Below, one piece after another: positions 10,001 to 20,580 of a DNA stretch of 64,000 nucleotides; within the stretch, counting starts at the first letter, position 1; the number at the start of each line of letters is the position of its first letter. The notes under the pieces are model-generated. The model did not search any database. It worked only from the letters and a program-made list of their open reading frames with translations, and had not been told where the DNA came from. Made by a program: the position numbers and the translations under genes. The stretch lies in assembly GCA_965219575.1 (NCBI GenBank), contig OZ244779.1, forward strand, positions 1,388,769-1,452,768, given 5' to 3'. The stretch is from Candidatus Oxydemutatoraceae bacterium (GTDB taxonomy: Bacteria; Pseudomonadota; Gammaproteobacteria; Poriferisulfidales; Oxydemutatoraceae).

Positions 10001-10665
10001 AATTATTTATAGATAGTGCAGATATAGCAATAATCGAGAAGGCAGCCGCCTCCGGGGTTGTTGACGGTGTGACCACCAATCCGAGCCTGCTTGCCAAAAC
10101 CGGTGTTATCGGACGGGATAAAGCATCTCTGCACGATTATTACGCACGGATTTGTCGAATAGTCGGCGGTGATGTTTCGGCGGAAGTGATTAGCACCGAC
10201 TACGATGCGATGGTAAAAGAAGGGCATGAATTAGCGAGCATAGACCGGCATATAGTCGTTAAGGTGCCGATGACCGAGTCCGGTGTAAAAGCGATAAAAA
10301 CGCTCAAAGAAGCGAATATACGCACTAATTGCACGCTGATATTTTCGGTTGCACAAGCGATGCTCGCAGCGAAAGCGGGTGCATTTTATATTTCACCCTT
10401 TATAGGGCGGTTGGACGATGCCGGGCAAGTCGGCGACGGTATGAGGCTGGTAGAACGAATCTGCGATGTCATTGCGTATTACGGGTTTGCTACCGAAGTC
10501 TTGGCGGCATCGATCAGAAATTTGCAGCATGTAGAGCAGTGCGCAGAGGTCGGTGCGGATGTGGCAACCTGTCCGTATTCCGTATTTGAAGCGATGTTCA
10601 AGCATCCGTTGAGCGATGCCGGCTTAAAAAAATTTCTGAGTGATTATGAAGAAGCAAAAGCCTAA
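9997..10665 (+). CDS. Transaldolase / fructose-6-phosphate aldolase (short family)
   Basis: GVTTNPSL, VVKVPMT, NCTLIFS, ISPFIGRLDD, LAASIR. Confidence 0.9.
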   Translation: MKLFIDSADIAIIEKAAASGVVDGVTTNPSLLAKTGVIGRDKASLHDYYARICRIVGGDVSAEVISTDYDAMVKEGHELASIDRHIVVKVPMTESGVKAIKTLKEANIRTNCTLIFSVAQAMLAAKAGAFYISPFIGRLDDAGQVGDGMRLVERICDVIAYYGFATEVLAASIRNLQHVEQCAEVGADVATCPYSVFEAMFKHPLSDAGLKKFLSDYEEAKA

Positions 10666-11254
10666 AAATAATAAGCAGCAAACGAAGTCCGAAGATAAGC
10701 CTAAAAGTGCCTCCTTCACGGTGCGGGCCGACGGCAAACTGCCGGTGATTATATTCGATGTCGTAATGAGCCCGGCGACACTCGGTGAGAGAAATTACTC
10801 GAACCCCGTTAGGCGTAGATGCAGAGCAATGTGGAGCACCGGTGTCGCACGCTCGCAATTATCCAGAAAACTAATCGAGGAATTAGGACTCGAAGTTATC
10901 GTCAAGGAAGAGAGAGGTAAACAACAATTATTTTATGGCTTGGATGTCTATCTTCCGAACAAAGTACGCATGGCTAAGGTTGAGATGACCGAGATAGAGC
11001 ATGCACTGCCTTACCCGGGTATCGAGTGTATTATCGGAATGGATATCATTTCGATGGGAGATTGTAGCGTGTCTCACAGCGACGGTAATACTTTTTTCTC
11101 TTTTCGTGTGCCGTCCCTGGGCGGCACCGATTATGTAGAACAGTCCAATAAACAAAAAGCATCGCCGCGTTCTCCGACGATGGTGCGGCGTAATCAGATG
11201 TGTCCTTGCGGTAGTGGTAAAAGGTATAAGAACTGTTGTGGTCGCCTAATTTGA
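10646..11254 (+). CDS. Retropepsin-like (degenerate) domain plus SEC-C metal-binding motif protein
   Basis: AMWSTG and IIGMDII retropepsin-like motifs; C-terminal RNQMCPCGSGKRYKNCCG. Confidence 0.7.
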   Translation: MKKQKPKNNKQQTKSEDKPKSASFTVRADGKLPVIIFDVVMSPATLGERNYSNPVRRRCRAMWSTGVARSQLSRKLIEELGLEVIVKEERGKQQLFYGLDVYLPNKVRMAKVEMTEIEHALPYPGIECIIGMDIISMGDCSVSHSDGNTFFSFRVPSLGGTDYVEQSNKQKASPRSPTMVRRNQMCPCGSGKRYKNCCGRLI

Positions 11255-11275
11255 TCCTGCGAATAAATATACGCG

Positions 11276-12694
11276 CTACCTTTCTTCTCTAAATTCTTCC
11301 AAGTCTTTGCGTTTTGCCGCGATGCGGGCGCGTATCGCTTGATGTAGCGTATCGCTTTTTTCGGCAAAGTCAAGTTGGCGTAGTGCAGGTTCTATATAAC
11401 CTTTGGCTGCATAATAATCGGCAAGGTATTCGTGGTATTCGCCGCCTCGTCCGAGTTGCGTAGCCGCTTGTGCACCGAGTTGATAGAATTGCGGGTAATA
11501 CCGATGTAGCGATGCGGCTGCGTTGATTTTCTCTAATGTTTTTTGTGCTTGTCCGTCTTTGAGCAAACACAGTGCTAAATAATAGAGTATGGTTGCTCGC
11601 CCCGGATGTAGGCTATCCAGTTTGTTCAGTACGGTTATGGCTTTGTCCCAATTTCCCATAGTTCTATAGGCATGAGCAAAGGCGAGTTTGACCGGTATAT
11701 GCTGTTGATTAGGGGGGATTTTTTCTAAATACCCGATGGCAAGCTCGGGTAATTGTCTTTCTATAAATACAAGTGCTTTATAGTAGTTTTCGATATTCCT
11801 GTCGTAATGCTCGGTTACCGTGTTAGTTTTTGCGAGTGCGAGTAAGCGAGCTTTTGCGTAATGAAACGCCTCGCTATCCTTGTCGAAATGTCCATGGTAG
11901 CGTTCGTGGTATCGGGCTGCGCGAGTCTGTGCCTCCGAGAGACGAGAGACCGTCAGGGGGTGGGTGCGCAAAAACTCTATTTGCCGGTTCCTCCCTTCCA
12001 TTTTTTGCAGTTTTGCAAAAAATGCCGGCATGCCCGTGGGGTCTAGTTCGGCGGCTGCCATGAGTTGCATACCGAAGCGATCTGCTTCGTATTCAAAGTT
12101 GCGTGTATAGCTCAATCTTCTCTCCACAGGTAATGCAGTGCCGCCGAATAAACTCAATTCTGCCAACTCGGAATTATAGGTGGCAGCAATCAATGCGCCG
12201 ATGACGGCCAGTGTGCCGATGAGAGAACTTTCCTCGGTCAAAGCCTGCAATCTCGCAATGTGACGCTGTGTGACATGTGCTATTTCATGCGCCACGACAC
12301 CTCCCAGTTCACTCTCGGTATCGGCACTCACAATGAGCCCTTCGTTGAATGCCAAGATACCGCCGGGAGTAGCGAAAGCATTGATAGCAGGATTTCTGAC
12401 CGGTAAAAAATGAAAATCCAAAGATTGGTTTTTACTGTGTGCAAGTATCCTTTCTCCCAGATGGCGCAGATAGCTTTGTATTTCTATGTCTTCGATAATC
12501 GGTAATTGAGAGCGCACTTCGGCCAGTATCACTCTGCCTAGCTTTTTTTCTTTGGCAAGGCTCATGGTCGCGTACGAAGGATCGCCGATATCCGGCAAGC
12601 GGTAAGGGTCGGCATGTGCCGATACGCCACATAGGCATAGTAGCAATAAGCACAGCCGTAGTGAATAATAAAATCGTTTTTTGAATTTATTCAT
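11276..12694 (-). CDS. bepA: M48 metalloprotease, BepA/YfgC-like, with TPRs
   Basis: LPDIG, INAFATPGG, HEIAHVTQRH, EYEADRFG, FLRTHP. Confidence 0.85.
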   Translation of the reverse strand: MNKFKKRFYYSLRLCLLLLCLCGVSAHADPYRLPDIGDPSYATMSLAKEKKLGRVILAEVRSQLPIIEDIEIQSYLRHLGERILAHSKNQSLDFHFLPVRNPAINAFATPGGILAFNEGLIVSADTESELGGVVAHEIAHVTQRHIARLQALTEESSLIGTLAVIGALIAATYNSELAELSLFGGTALPVERRLSYTRNFEYEADRFGMQLMAAAELDPTGMPAFFAKLQKMEGRNRQIEFLRTHPLTVSRLSEAQTRAARYHERYHGHFDKDSEAFHYAKARLLALAKTNTVTEHYDRNIENYYKALVFIERQLPELAIGYLEKIPPNQQHIPVKLAFAHAYRTMGNWDKAITVLNKLDSLHPGRATILYYLALCLLKDGQAQKTLEKINAAASLHRYYPQFYQLGAQAATQLGRGGEYHEYLADYYAAKGYIEPALRQLDFAEKSDTLHQAIRARIAAKRKDLEEFREER

Positions 12695-12826
12695 TTGATT
12701 ATAAAAGCCTATAAGTAATATCAATGATACTACATTTAGATTATAGAATGATTAATAGCAGGCTAATAAGCATAAATAGGGCATAATAGGCATAGATTTC
12801 CTTTTCCATAATTCTGAGCTTATAGT

Positions 12827-14509
12827 ATGACTTTAAATTCTCCAATATATTTACTTCGATACGGTATCGTATCTTTCATTTTGATATTTGCGGCGTCGTG
12901 CGCATCTATGGGTAGCGTAGAACGCGAAACCAAATTGCTCTCTGATCAACTTTACGAACTATTAACCGCCGAAATAGCGATACAGTATCGCGACCCACAA
13001 CAATCTCTGGATCACTATTACAAAGCGGCATTATTGACTCGAGACGCGGAAGTTTATCGCTCGGCGATTGCATTGGCGGTGAGTGTGGAAGATTATCAAA
13101 GAGCAAAGATTTTAGCCGAACACTGGTATACCGTCGACTCCGAGAATACGGAACTCAACAAAGTGATGGCATTGATTTACTTGCAAACCGAAGACTATAC
13201 CGAAGCTTTGGGGCGTATAGAGGTATTGCTTCGCTCCGAGGCAGATTTAGATACTCGGCATGTCTTGCCTATATTAGGACATATAGAATTTGAAAAAAGC
13301 CGTGAAGTACTTGAAAAGCTGGAGCAAGCGGCACCCGAAAACGCTGCCGTTCACTGGTTGAAAGCCTATCTAAACTTTTATTACGGCAATTATCAACAAG
13401 CACTGAACATGATAGACCAGGCTTTGGTATATAACCCCGATTTAGTCAACGCAATTGCATTGAAGGCGGATATATTATTTGCACTGAACGAGGACAAAGT
13501 TGCCCTAGAGTGGTTGAGTCGGCAAGCAACGCTGCAGCCGCAGAGCTTCTTGCTACAAGCCAAGGCGGCCTCGAGCTTACAAAACTACGGGCATACCGTT
13601 CCGGCACGGAGATTTTTTGAGGCGGCATACGACCTTAATTCGGAGCAGGCAACATTCATATTGCAATATGCGATATTCAATATAAGCGAGAAGCGTCTAG
13701 ATGATGCCGAGCGATTGCTGGCGCGTTATTCCGAACTGGGAGGTGAGGCAGAAGTAGCAACTTATTACAAAGCAACGCTTGCCGAGAAGCGTGGCGATTT
13801 ACAGGCTGCAATAAATTATTTCCGTGCCGTCAAATTAGAGGGTTTGCGTTCGGAAGCGGCACTCAATATCGCAAAAATCTATCAAATACAAGGTTTATTC
13901 GAGAAAGCCGACGAGCAGTTTGAAGCGTTACGAGAGTTTAGCGAGAACGAAGGTGAGCAGATACGCTATTACATCGCACAGACGACTGCATTGCGCGAAG
14001 GTGGATTTAAGGAGCGCGCGATACGCTTGTACAACGAAGCAATTGAACGCTATCCCGCCTCGCTGAGTTTACTTTATTCTCGCGGCATGTTGTGGTTGGA
14101 GATGGATCAGTTTAATTTGTTCGAGCAAGATATGGAGCGAGTTATCGAGTTAGACGAAGATAACTGGCAGGCATTGAATGCCTTGGGTTATACGCTCGCC
14201 GACCTGAATCGTCGCTTAGATTATGCGAGTATCTATATACGACGCGCCTACGAGATAAACCCAACCGAACCGGCGGTCATAGATAGCATGGGTTGGCTGG
14301 CATTTCGCCTCAACAACCTGGAACTTGCGGAAAGTTATGTACAAAAGGCTGCTTCGATGTTTCACGATTCCGAGATCTTGGGACACTGGGTTGAAATTTT
14401 ATGGTCTATGCAAAGGGAAGCGGAGGCGACTCGGTTACTCAAAGACGCACTGATAGATTTCCCGGAAAGCGATTATCTGATGCGCTTGTATGAAAAAATA
14501 ATACCCTAA
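12827..14509 (+). CDS. TPR-repeat lipoprotein usually found upstream of lolB
   Basis: AASC lipobox-like sequence; LYELLTAEIA, ALNALGYTLAD, IDSMGW motifs; synteny with lolB-ispE. Confidence 0.8.
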   Translation: MTLNSPIYLLRYGIVSFILIFAASCASMGSVERETKLLSDQLYELLTAEIAIQYRDPQQSLDHYYKAALLTRDAEVYRSAIALAVSVEDYQRAKILAEHWYTVDSENTELNKVMALIYLQTEDYTEALGRIEVLLRSEADLDTRHVLPILGHIEFEKSREVLEKLEQAAPENAAVHWLKAYLNFYYGNYQQALNMIDQALVYNPDLVNAIALKADILFALNEDKVALEWLSRQATLQPQSFLLQAKAASSLQNYGHTVPARRFFEAAYDLNSEQATFILQYAIFNISEKRLDDAERLLARYSELGGEAEVATYYKATLAEKRGDLQAAINYFRAVKLEGLRSEAALNIAKIYQIQGLFEKADEQFEALREFSENEGEQIRYYIAQTTALREGGFKERAIRLYNEAIERYPASLSLLYSRGMLWLEMDQFNLFEQDMERVIELDEDNWQALNALGYTLADLNRRLDYASIYIRRAYEINPTEPAVIDSMGWLAFRLNNLELAESYVQKAASMFHDSEILGHWVEILWSMQREAEATRLLKDALIDFPESDYLMRLYEKIIP

Positions 14510-14575
14510 GGCGACGAGGCGCGGTCGTACAACTTTTGAGTAAAATATCGGACTAGCGTTTTTATACTTAAATAG

Positions 14576-15550
14576 ATGATAAATCAGACTCCGGCTCACA
14601 GTATGAGGGCAGATATTAAAACTATGCTTAACCATCGGTCTGACCCGATACAAACATTTGCAGACTTTTTTTGTGGTATTGGTGGGTTCCATTTTGCCTC
14701 TGCCACCTTAAACTTAAGATGTGTTTATGCTTGTGATATTGATGATAAAGTCCGAGATACTTATGAAGTTAATTTCGGTATGAGACCGGAAGGTGATATA
14801 AACAGTATAAAATTGTCTAAAACACCTTCGTTTGATTTACTATGTGCGGGTCCGCCGTGCCAACCATTCAGCATTATCGGGAAGCGTCAAGGTATAGCGG
14901 ACTCTCGAGGTGGATTGTTTTTTAAGTTACTGAAGATTATAGAAGTTAAACGACCCAAAGCGGTAGTATTAGAGAATGTTCGGCAGTTACTAACCATTGA
15001 TAACGGAAGAATATTTCGATGTATCGTTAAAGAATTGAAACTTATCGGTTACTTTGTAGATTACCGGGTATTAAATGCACTTGATTTCGGTTTACCCCAA
15101 AAGCGCGAGCGAGTTTTGATAGTTGCAACGCGTAAACATTTCGATATTTTTCCTTGGCCGATGCGCAAAGTATCAATGAAACCACTGGCTAAGATATTAG
15201 AAAAAGATCCCGATATTCGTCATTTTGTATCGGATAGAATCAAGCAATCTAGACACTCGATACACAAATCACGATATAAACCCGGAATATGGCATGAAAA
15301 TAAAGGAGGCAATGTTAGCAGTCATCCGTTCTCCTGTGCGCTACGAGCCGGAGCTTCTCATAATTACTTACTCGTTGACGGTGAACGACGATTGACTCCG
15401 CGTGAGATGTTACGTTTACAAGGGTTTCCTGATAAATTCAGGATTATATGCACCGACAGTCAAATACGTAAACAGACAGGGAATGCAGTGCCGATTCCTC
15501 TTGCTCGTGCTGCAATAGAAGGGGTATTGGAAGTCTATGCCCAAACTTAA
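14576..15550 (+). CDS. DNA (cytosine-5)-methyltransferase
   Basis: FCGIGG (motif I), GPPCQPFS (IV), LENV (VI), QKRERV (VIII), RLQGFP, TGNAV (X). Confidence 0.95.
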   Translation: MINQTPAHSMRADIKTMLNHRSDPIQTFADFFCGIGGFHFASATLNLRCVYACDIDDKVRDTYEVNFGMRPEGDINSIKLSKTPSFDLLCAGPPCQPFSIIGKRQGIADSRGGLFFKLLKIIEVKRPKAVVLENVRQLLTIDNGRIFRCIVKELKLIGYFVDYRVLNALDFGLPQKRERVLIVATRKHFDIFPWPMRKVSMKPLAKILEKDPDIRHFVSDRIKQSRHSIHKSRYKPGIWHENKGGNVSSHPFSCALRAGASHNYLLVDGERRLTPREMLRLQGFPDKFRIICTDSQIRKQTGNAVPIPLARAAIEGVLEVYAQT

Positions 15551-16271
15551 GCTAAGAGGAAGTGTAAAGCGGCGAAGTAGTCCTTATCCGCTCGGTGAGA
15601 TACCTCGCAAGGTGGCTTTTACCATCGGTAGAAAGATTGTCCATCAATTAGCAATAGGTTACAAAAATTTAACAGGCGACGACTTCGGTAGAATATTCGC
15701 CGAAGCTATAAAAGGAGAGTATAAAAATAGCCCCTTAGGTGTGGTTGATGCAGTTAGGGACAAATGTGCATGGTCGGTTAAAACAGTACAACACAAAAAA
15801 CCTTTTGAAGCCGATTCCTTGCGACTGATATCGGGGCGTAATTCACCGGATTATTCACTTGGCATATCTGATCCGCGTAAAGATGTTAACTTGACGGGGC
15901 AGGCGATTCTTAAGATTTGGAATAACCGCTTAGATGAAGCATTGAACGAATACGATGATTTACGAATAATCGTATTAGTAAGGAATATGAACACTTGCGA
16001 GTTTGTTTTATTTGAATATGAAGCGCACCGCTATATACCCGATAATTACCGATGGATTGTGAATAGTAGAGGAAATTTTGAGGGCTACGATAGAAAGACC
16101 GAGATGCGACAATTCACTTGGCAACCACACGGTTCGCAATTTACGATATACTATAAAATTCCGATAACAATGCATAAGTTTAGGATAGCTGTAAAGATTC
16201 CGGTGATTGAAGCCGAACATATTTTGAAACTTATAGCGTACAAGGACGATTGGATCGAGTTTGAGATATGA
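15537..16271 (+). CDS. Putative type II restriction endonuclease
   Basis: Overlaps the C5-MTase; basic protein with D...SVKT PD-(D/E)XK-like pattern; AT-richer than flanking genes. Confidence 0.6.
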   Translation: MPKLKLRGSVKRRSSPYPLGEIPRKVAFTIGRKIVHQLAIGYKNLTGDDFGRIFAEAIKGEYKNSPLGVVDAVRDKCAWSVKTVQHKKPFEADSLRLISGRNSPDYSLGISDPRKDVNLTGQAILKIWNNRLDEALNEYDDLRIIVLVRNMNTCEFVLFEYEAHRYIPDNYRWIVNSRGNFEGYDRKTEMRQFTWQPHGSQFTIYYKIPITMHKFRIAVKIPVIEAEHILKLIAYKDDWIEFEI

Positions 16272-16918
16272 AGCTCTTTCTGCATAAATATCTTTTGTTT
16301 CTTTTACCGACACTATGCCTGTTATTCGGTGCGTGTTCACAACAGACTCTAAAACTGGAAGCCGATGTTGCCGATACTGCGGTGTCGGTTATGCAGGAGC
16401 GTATTGCAGGCTATACGCAATGGGATGTGCAGATGCGGATAGCAATGCGCCACGATAAATTGAGCTGGCGAGGGATTATGCAATGGACACAACGAGAAGA
16501 CCGGTTTGCCATGATTTTCAACGATATTCTAGGTCGGCGTTTGATGCTTATAGAAAGTCGACCGGACGGTAGTGTATCGGCGATAGATTCTAAGGGAAGG
16601 CAAACACAGGCATCCGATCCTTCGGTATTGCTTAAATCTATGTTGGGCACCGAAGTGTCGGTGGCGGACTTGCATTATTGGTTGTTGGGTGCACCCGCTC
16701 CCGATGAATCCTATTTTGACCCGGAGTTCGATGCGCAAGGTAGATTGCAATCTTATAAACAAGGTGAATGGATCATAAGCTATACCGATTATAGAGACGA
16801 CGACTGCCTGGATTGGTCGCCCGGTAGTTTAACGTTAAGCCGAGAGCAAACTCAACTGTGGTTACGCATACGCTCGTGGCAGACATCTCCGAGTGTCGTT
16901 AAAACTGCTACATGCTAA
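16268..16918 (+). CDS. lolB: Outer-membrane lipoprotein insertase LolB
   Basis: FGAC lipobox, WTQ, LHYWLLG.PAP, Q.EW.ISY; directly upstream of ispE. Confidence 0.8.
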   Translation: MKLFLHKYLLFLLPTLCLLFGACSQQTLKLEADVADTAVSVMQERIAGYTQWDVQMRIAMRHDKLSWRGIMQWTQREDRFAMIFNDILGRRLMLIESRPDGSVSAIDSKGRQTQASDPSVLLKSMLGTEVSVADLHYWLLGAPAPDESYFDPEFDAQGRLQSYKQGEWIISYTDYRDDDCLDWSPGSLTLSREQTQLWLRIRSWQTSPSVVKTATC

Positions 16919-16927
16919 ATAGCTTTT

Positions 16928-17752
16928 ATGAAATATCTAGCACCTGCCAAACTAAATCTTTTTCTACATATTACTAAACGTCGTCCCGACAACTACCACG
17001 AATTGCAGACTTTGTTTCAACTCATAGATTACTACGACGAACTTGATTTCAAAATACGCTCGGACGATGCAATTAATTTGCGTTGCAATGTGGATATTCC
17101 GCGCCAAGATAACTTAGTGTTTAAGGCCGCCGGGCTTTTGCAACAACACTGTGGCAAACCGCAAGGGATTGATATCTATCTGCATAAGCGGATTGCTATG
17201 GGAATGGGTCTGGGCGGTGGAAGTTCCGATGCCGCAACCACGCTCAAAGTATTGAATCGCTTATGGGATTGCCGTCTGAATGAAGCACAACTTATGGCTT
17301 ATGGTAAAGACTTGGGTGCCGATGTCCCGTTGTTTATTGCCGGTCGAAGCGCGTGGGGAGAGGGGATAGGTGAGGTTTTGCAGGCGGTCGATTTGCCACC
17401 TCGTTGGTATGCCGTATTTATTCCCTTTCAGCGTACTAATACCGGTGTGATGTTTGAATGTTCCGAATTAAAAAGAGATTGTGCCGAGGTTTCGATAGAA
17501 GACTACTTGGCGGGCCGTACTGCGAATGTGTTCGAGGCGGTTGTCAGAAACGAATACCCGCAGATTGCCGCCGATATGGACTGGCTGAATAGTCGTGGTG
17601 TTGCGCATTTAACTGGTTCGGGAGGTGCTTTTTTTGCATCTTGCGAAACCGAAGCACAAGCGAGGGAGTTGACTTATGATTGTCCTGCACACCTGCAATT
17701 TTTGATTGCCCGAGGCATCGACGAGTCACCTGTCAATCAATCAAATCATTAA
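16928..17752 (+). CDS. ispE: 4-diphosphocytidyl-2-C-methyl-D-erythritol kinase
   Basis: APAKLNLFLHI, YHELQTLF, GLGGGSSDAA, LGADVP, LTGSG. Confidence 0.95.
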   Translation: MKYLAPAKLNLFLHITKRRPDNYHELQTLFQLIDYYDELDFKIRSDDAINLRCNVDIPRQDNLVFKAAGLLQQHCGKPQGIDIYLHKRIAMGMGLGGGSSDAATTLKVLNRLWDCRLNEAQLMAYGKDLGADVPLFIAGRSAWGEGIGEVLQAVDLPPRWYAVFIPFQRTNTGVMFECSELKRDCAEVSIEDYLAGRTANVFEAVVRNEYPQIAADMDWLNSRGVAHLTGSGGAFFASCETEAQARELTYDCPAHLQFLIARGIDESPVNQSNH

Positions 17753-17794
17753 TTTATGTTAATATGCGTATCTCATTTGATGTTGATATGCGTT

Positions 17795-17869
17795 TGGGCC
17801 GTCGCCAAGTGGTAAGGCACCGGGTTTTGATCCCGGCATTCGCAGGTTCGAATCCTGCCGGCCCAGCCA
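17795..17869 (+). tRNA. tRNA-Gln (TTG)
   Basis: Acceptor stem TGGGCC/GGCCCA, anticodon arm CCGGG-TTTTGAT-CCCGG, GGTTCGAATCC T-loop, CCA end; typical ispE-prs position. Confidence 0.95.
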
Positions 17870-17887
17870 TCATCGGTTATTGCTGAC

Positions 17888-18847
17888 ATGGAAAATAACA
17901 GACAAAAAATTGCATTATTTAGCGGCACTGCGAACCCCGAACTGGCAAAAAAAATAACCGCTCACTTGAAAATTGATTTGGGCAAAGCCATAGTCGATCG
18001 TTTCAGTGACGGCGAAGTGCATATAGAAATTCTTGAAAATGTTAGAGGTAAAGATGTCTTCATTATGCAGCCCATTTTTACGCCTGCCGAATATCTAATG
18101 GAACTGTTGATTATGACCGATGCTTTGCATCGTGCCTCTGCAAGGCGAATTACCGCAGTCATTCCTTACTTCGGCTATTGCCGCCAAGATCGTCGGGCGC
18201 GCTATGCCCGAGTTCCGATTTCGGCTAAAGTGGTTGCCAATATGATCGGCGGCGTACAAGCGAACCGCGTGCTCATCGTCGACTTGCACGCCGATCAAAT
18301 ACAAGGTTTCTTTAGTTTTCCGATTGACAATATCTACGCATCGCCGGTGTTATTGGACGATATCAATAAACATTATCGAGGCGATAAAATTATCGTGTCT
18401 CCCGATGTAGGAGGTGTCGTGCGAGCCCGTGCTTTGGCTAAACGGTTGGGTGATTCGGATCTTGCGATCATAGATAAGCGACGTCCCCGACCCAACGAAA
18501 ACAAAGTGATGAACGTAATCGGGACCGTGCGAGATAAATCTTGTATTCTCATAGACGATATCGTCGATACTGCAGGAACCTTATGCGAAGCAGCGAAAGC
18601 CTTAAAAGAAAACGGTGCCCTTAGAGTGAGTGCTTATGCAACCCATCCGGTGTTGTCGGGACCGGCGATTGAACGCATTCAGCATTCGGTGATAGACGAA
18701 GTCGTGGTCACGGACACGATTCCGCTTTCCGAAGCTGCCGAGCAATGTAACACGATTAGACAAATTAGCGTCTCGGCAATGCTGGCGGAGGCGATTATAA
18801 GCATTCACCAAGAGCAGTCTATTAGCAAATTATTCCCCGAAATTTGA
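17888..18847 (+). CDS. prs: Ribose-phosphate pyrophosphokinase
   Basis: [44 protein letters not shown]. Confidence 0.97.
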   Translation: MENNRQKIALFSGTANPELAKKITAHLKIDLGKAIVDRFSDGEVHIEILENVRGKDVFIMQPIFTPAEYLMELLIMTDALHRASARRITAVIPYFGYCRQDRRARYARVPISAKVVANMIGGVQANRVLIVDLHADQIQGFFSFPIDNIYASPVLLDDINKHYRGDKIIVSPDVGGVVRARALAKRLGDSDLAIIDKRRPRPNENKVMNVIGTVRDKSCILIDDIVDTAGTLCEAAKALKENGALRVSAYATHPVLSGPAIERIQHSVIDEVVVTDTIPLSEAAEQCNTIRQISVSAMLAEAIISIHQEQSISKLFPEI

Positions 18848-18989
18848 TTTTATCCGCCGTTCGTCGGATATTTGCTACCGTTCATTTTATATCGGTTTAC
18901 AAGCTGTATTTGCCGGTTAATATTGCAAATTCGTCCTTGCCGTAAGGCAAGTATTTATTTATAATCGTTAACCGAGTAGGAGATATATT

Positions 18990-19391
18990 ATGGTATACAA
19001 CTCACTTTTTCATAAAACACTAACGAAGATTCCCGGCACAACCAAGGAAGAGATTGGTTTGGCAATAGAGAGTCTTGTCTACATTATCGACACCGTAGTT
19101 AAGGATGCCGTCAAAGATATGGCGACCAAAGCCGACATCAAAGATATGGCAACCAAAGCCGATATCACAGATATGGCAACCAAAGCCGATATCAGAGATG
19201 TAGAGTTGAGAATGGCAACTAAAGCGGATATCAAGAATATGGCAACTAAAACCGATATCAAAGAAATAGAACTTAAGATGTCGCAAATGGAAACGCGCCT
19301 GGTACGAAAAATGTTCGGGATGGCTATTACAACGATACTTCTAAATGTTTCCATTATGAGTCTGATATTACATCTACTCTTACCCGGTTAA
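18990..19391 (+). CDS. Coiled-coil ATKADI-repeat membrane protein (DUF1640/CCDC90-like)
   Basis: Five MATK(A/T)DI repeats and a C-terminal hydrophobic segment; AGGAG RBS. Confidence 0.65.
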   Translation: MVYNSLFHKTLTKIPGTTKEEIGLAIESLVYIIDTVVKDAVKDMATKADIKDMATKADITDMATKADIRDVELRMATKADIKNMATKTDIKEIELKMSQMETRLVRKMFGMAITTILLNVSIMSLILHLLLPG

Positions 19392-19486
19392 AAGACCTAG
19401 ATTAAAACAACACCGGTTTTAATTTTCCGATCTATTTGCAGTGCGCTCATCGGCACGGCGGATGAAAACGAATAGGGGAATTGTTT

Positions 19487-19936
19487 ATGAATACAAAGAA
19501 GAATTATGGTTTCACACTAATAGAGATATTGGTTGCGGTCACGATTTTGGCGGTACTGGCGAGTGTGGCAATTTATAACATTAAGAGCGGAGATAAAATA
19601 TCGGAGGCGGAAGCGGTCGTATTGAGGCAAGCACTTATGAATTACATACCCGAACAGTTGAAGATTTATTATTTAAGAGACGACCGTACGGCATGGGACA
19701 ATAAAGTTACGCAAATTCAAAACGAGATGGCGGACTGGCCACATTTGCAAGGCTCGCTGCATACGGCAACCGTCTATAAAAACAACGGTATAAAATTAAA
19801 ATTCAAAACAAATTATCAAGATCGCAATCAGAACGAACAGCTACTCGATACATTGAAAAAATCTCCGGTAATCGAAGAAGCAACTATCGAAGGTTATCGT
19901 AAACAAAAATTTACGGTAAAATATAAACTCAACTGA
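19487..19936 (+). CDS. Prepilin-type N-terminal cleavage/methylation protein (pilin or pseudopilin)
   Basis: G|FTLIEILVAVTILAVLASVA class III signal. Confidence 0.8.
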   Translation: MNTKKNYGFTLIEILVAVTILAVLASVAIYNIKSGDKISEAEAVVLRQALMNYIPEQLKIYYLRDDRTAWDNKVTQIQNEMADWPHLQGSLHTATVYKNNGIKLKFKTNYQDRNQNEQLLDTLKKSPVIEEATIEGYRKQKFTVKYKLN

Positions 19937-19968
19937 TTATTACACTCTCGAACAATCGAAAATAAAAG

Positions 19969-20454
19969 ATGACTGTCAAAACCGCGGATTTATGCGATAC
20001 GCATTTGCAAGAACTGCAATATATACCGTTGTCGCTAAAGGATTACGGCGGTGTCACAGCTTTCTACGGTGAGATTGCAACCGTACGGTGTTTCGAAGAC
20101 AATTCATTCGTCAAAAAAACACTACAAGAAGCCGGGCGTGATAGAGTGTTGGTCGTAGACGGGGGTGGCTCGAAGCGTTGTGCGTTGTTGGGTGATTTAT
20201 TGGCACAACTGGCAATAGATAATCATTGGTGTGGTGTTGTAATCAATGGCTGCATCAGAGACAGCGATATCATTGCAACATTGAAGATAGGCGTTAAAGC
20301 ACTCGCAACCCATCCGTGCAAAAGTGAAAAAAAAGACAGAGGCACTTGCAATATAGAGCTAAACTTCGGTGGTGTGCGCTGCAAACCGGGGGATTGGCTT
20401 TATGCGGACAGCGACGGTGTCGTAGTCGGTCCCGAGGCTTTGCACGATTCATAA
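19969..20454 (+). CDS. rraA: RraA family protein (RNase E regulator / HMG aldolase-like)
   Basis: TADLCD, CFEDNS, VLVVDGGGS.RCALLGD, GCIRD, YADSDGVV. Confidence 0.9.
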   Translation: MTVKTADLCDTHLQELQYIPLSLKDYGGVTAFYGEIATVRCFEDNSFVKKTLQEAGRDRVLVVDGGGSKRCALLGDLLAQLAIDNHWCGVVINGCIRDSDIIATLKIGVKALATHPCKSEKKDRGTCNIELNFGGVRCKPGDWLYADSDGVVVGPEALHDS

Positions 20455-20503
20455 TCTACTTGACATAAAGGCGGCTTATCGTCACAATTTACACCTCCAC
20501 TGC

Positions 20504-20580
20504 GTCCCCATCGTCTAGTCGGCCTAGGACATCGCCCTTTCACGGCGGTAACAGGGGTTCGAATCCCCTTGGGGACGCCA
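20504..20580 (+). tRNA. tRNA-Glu (TTC)
   Basis: GTCCCC...GGGGACGCCA acceptor stem, CGCC-CTTTCAC-GGCG anticodon arm, GGTTCGAATCC T-loop. Confidence 0.95.
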
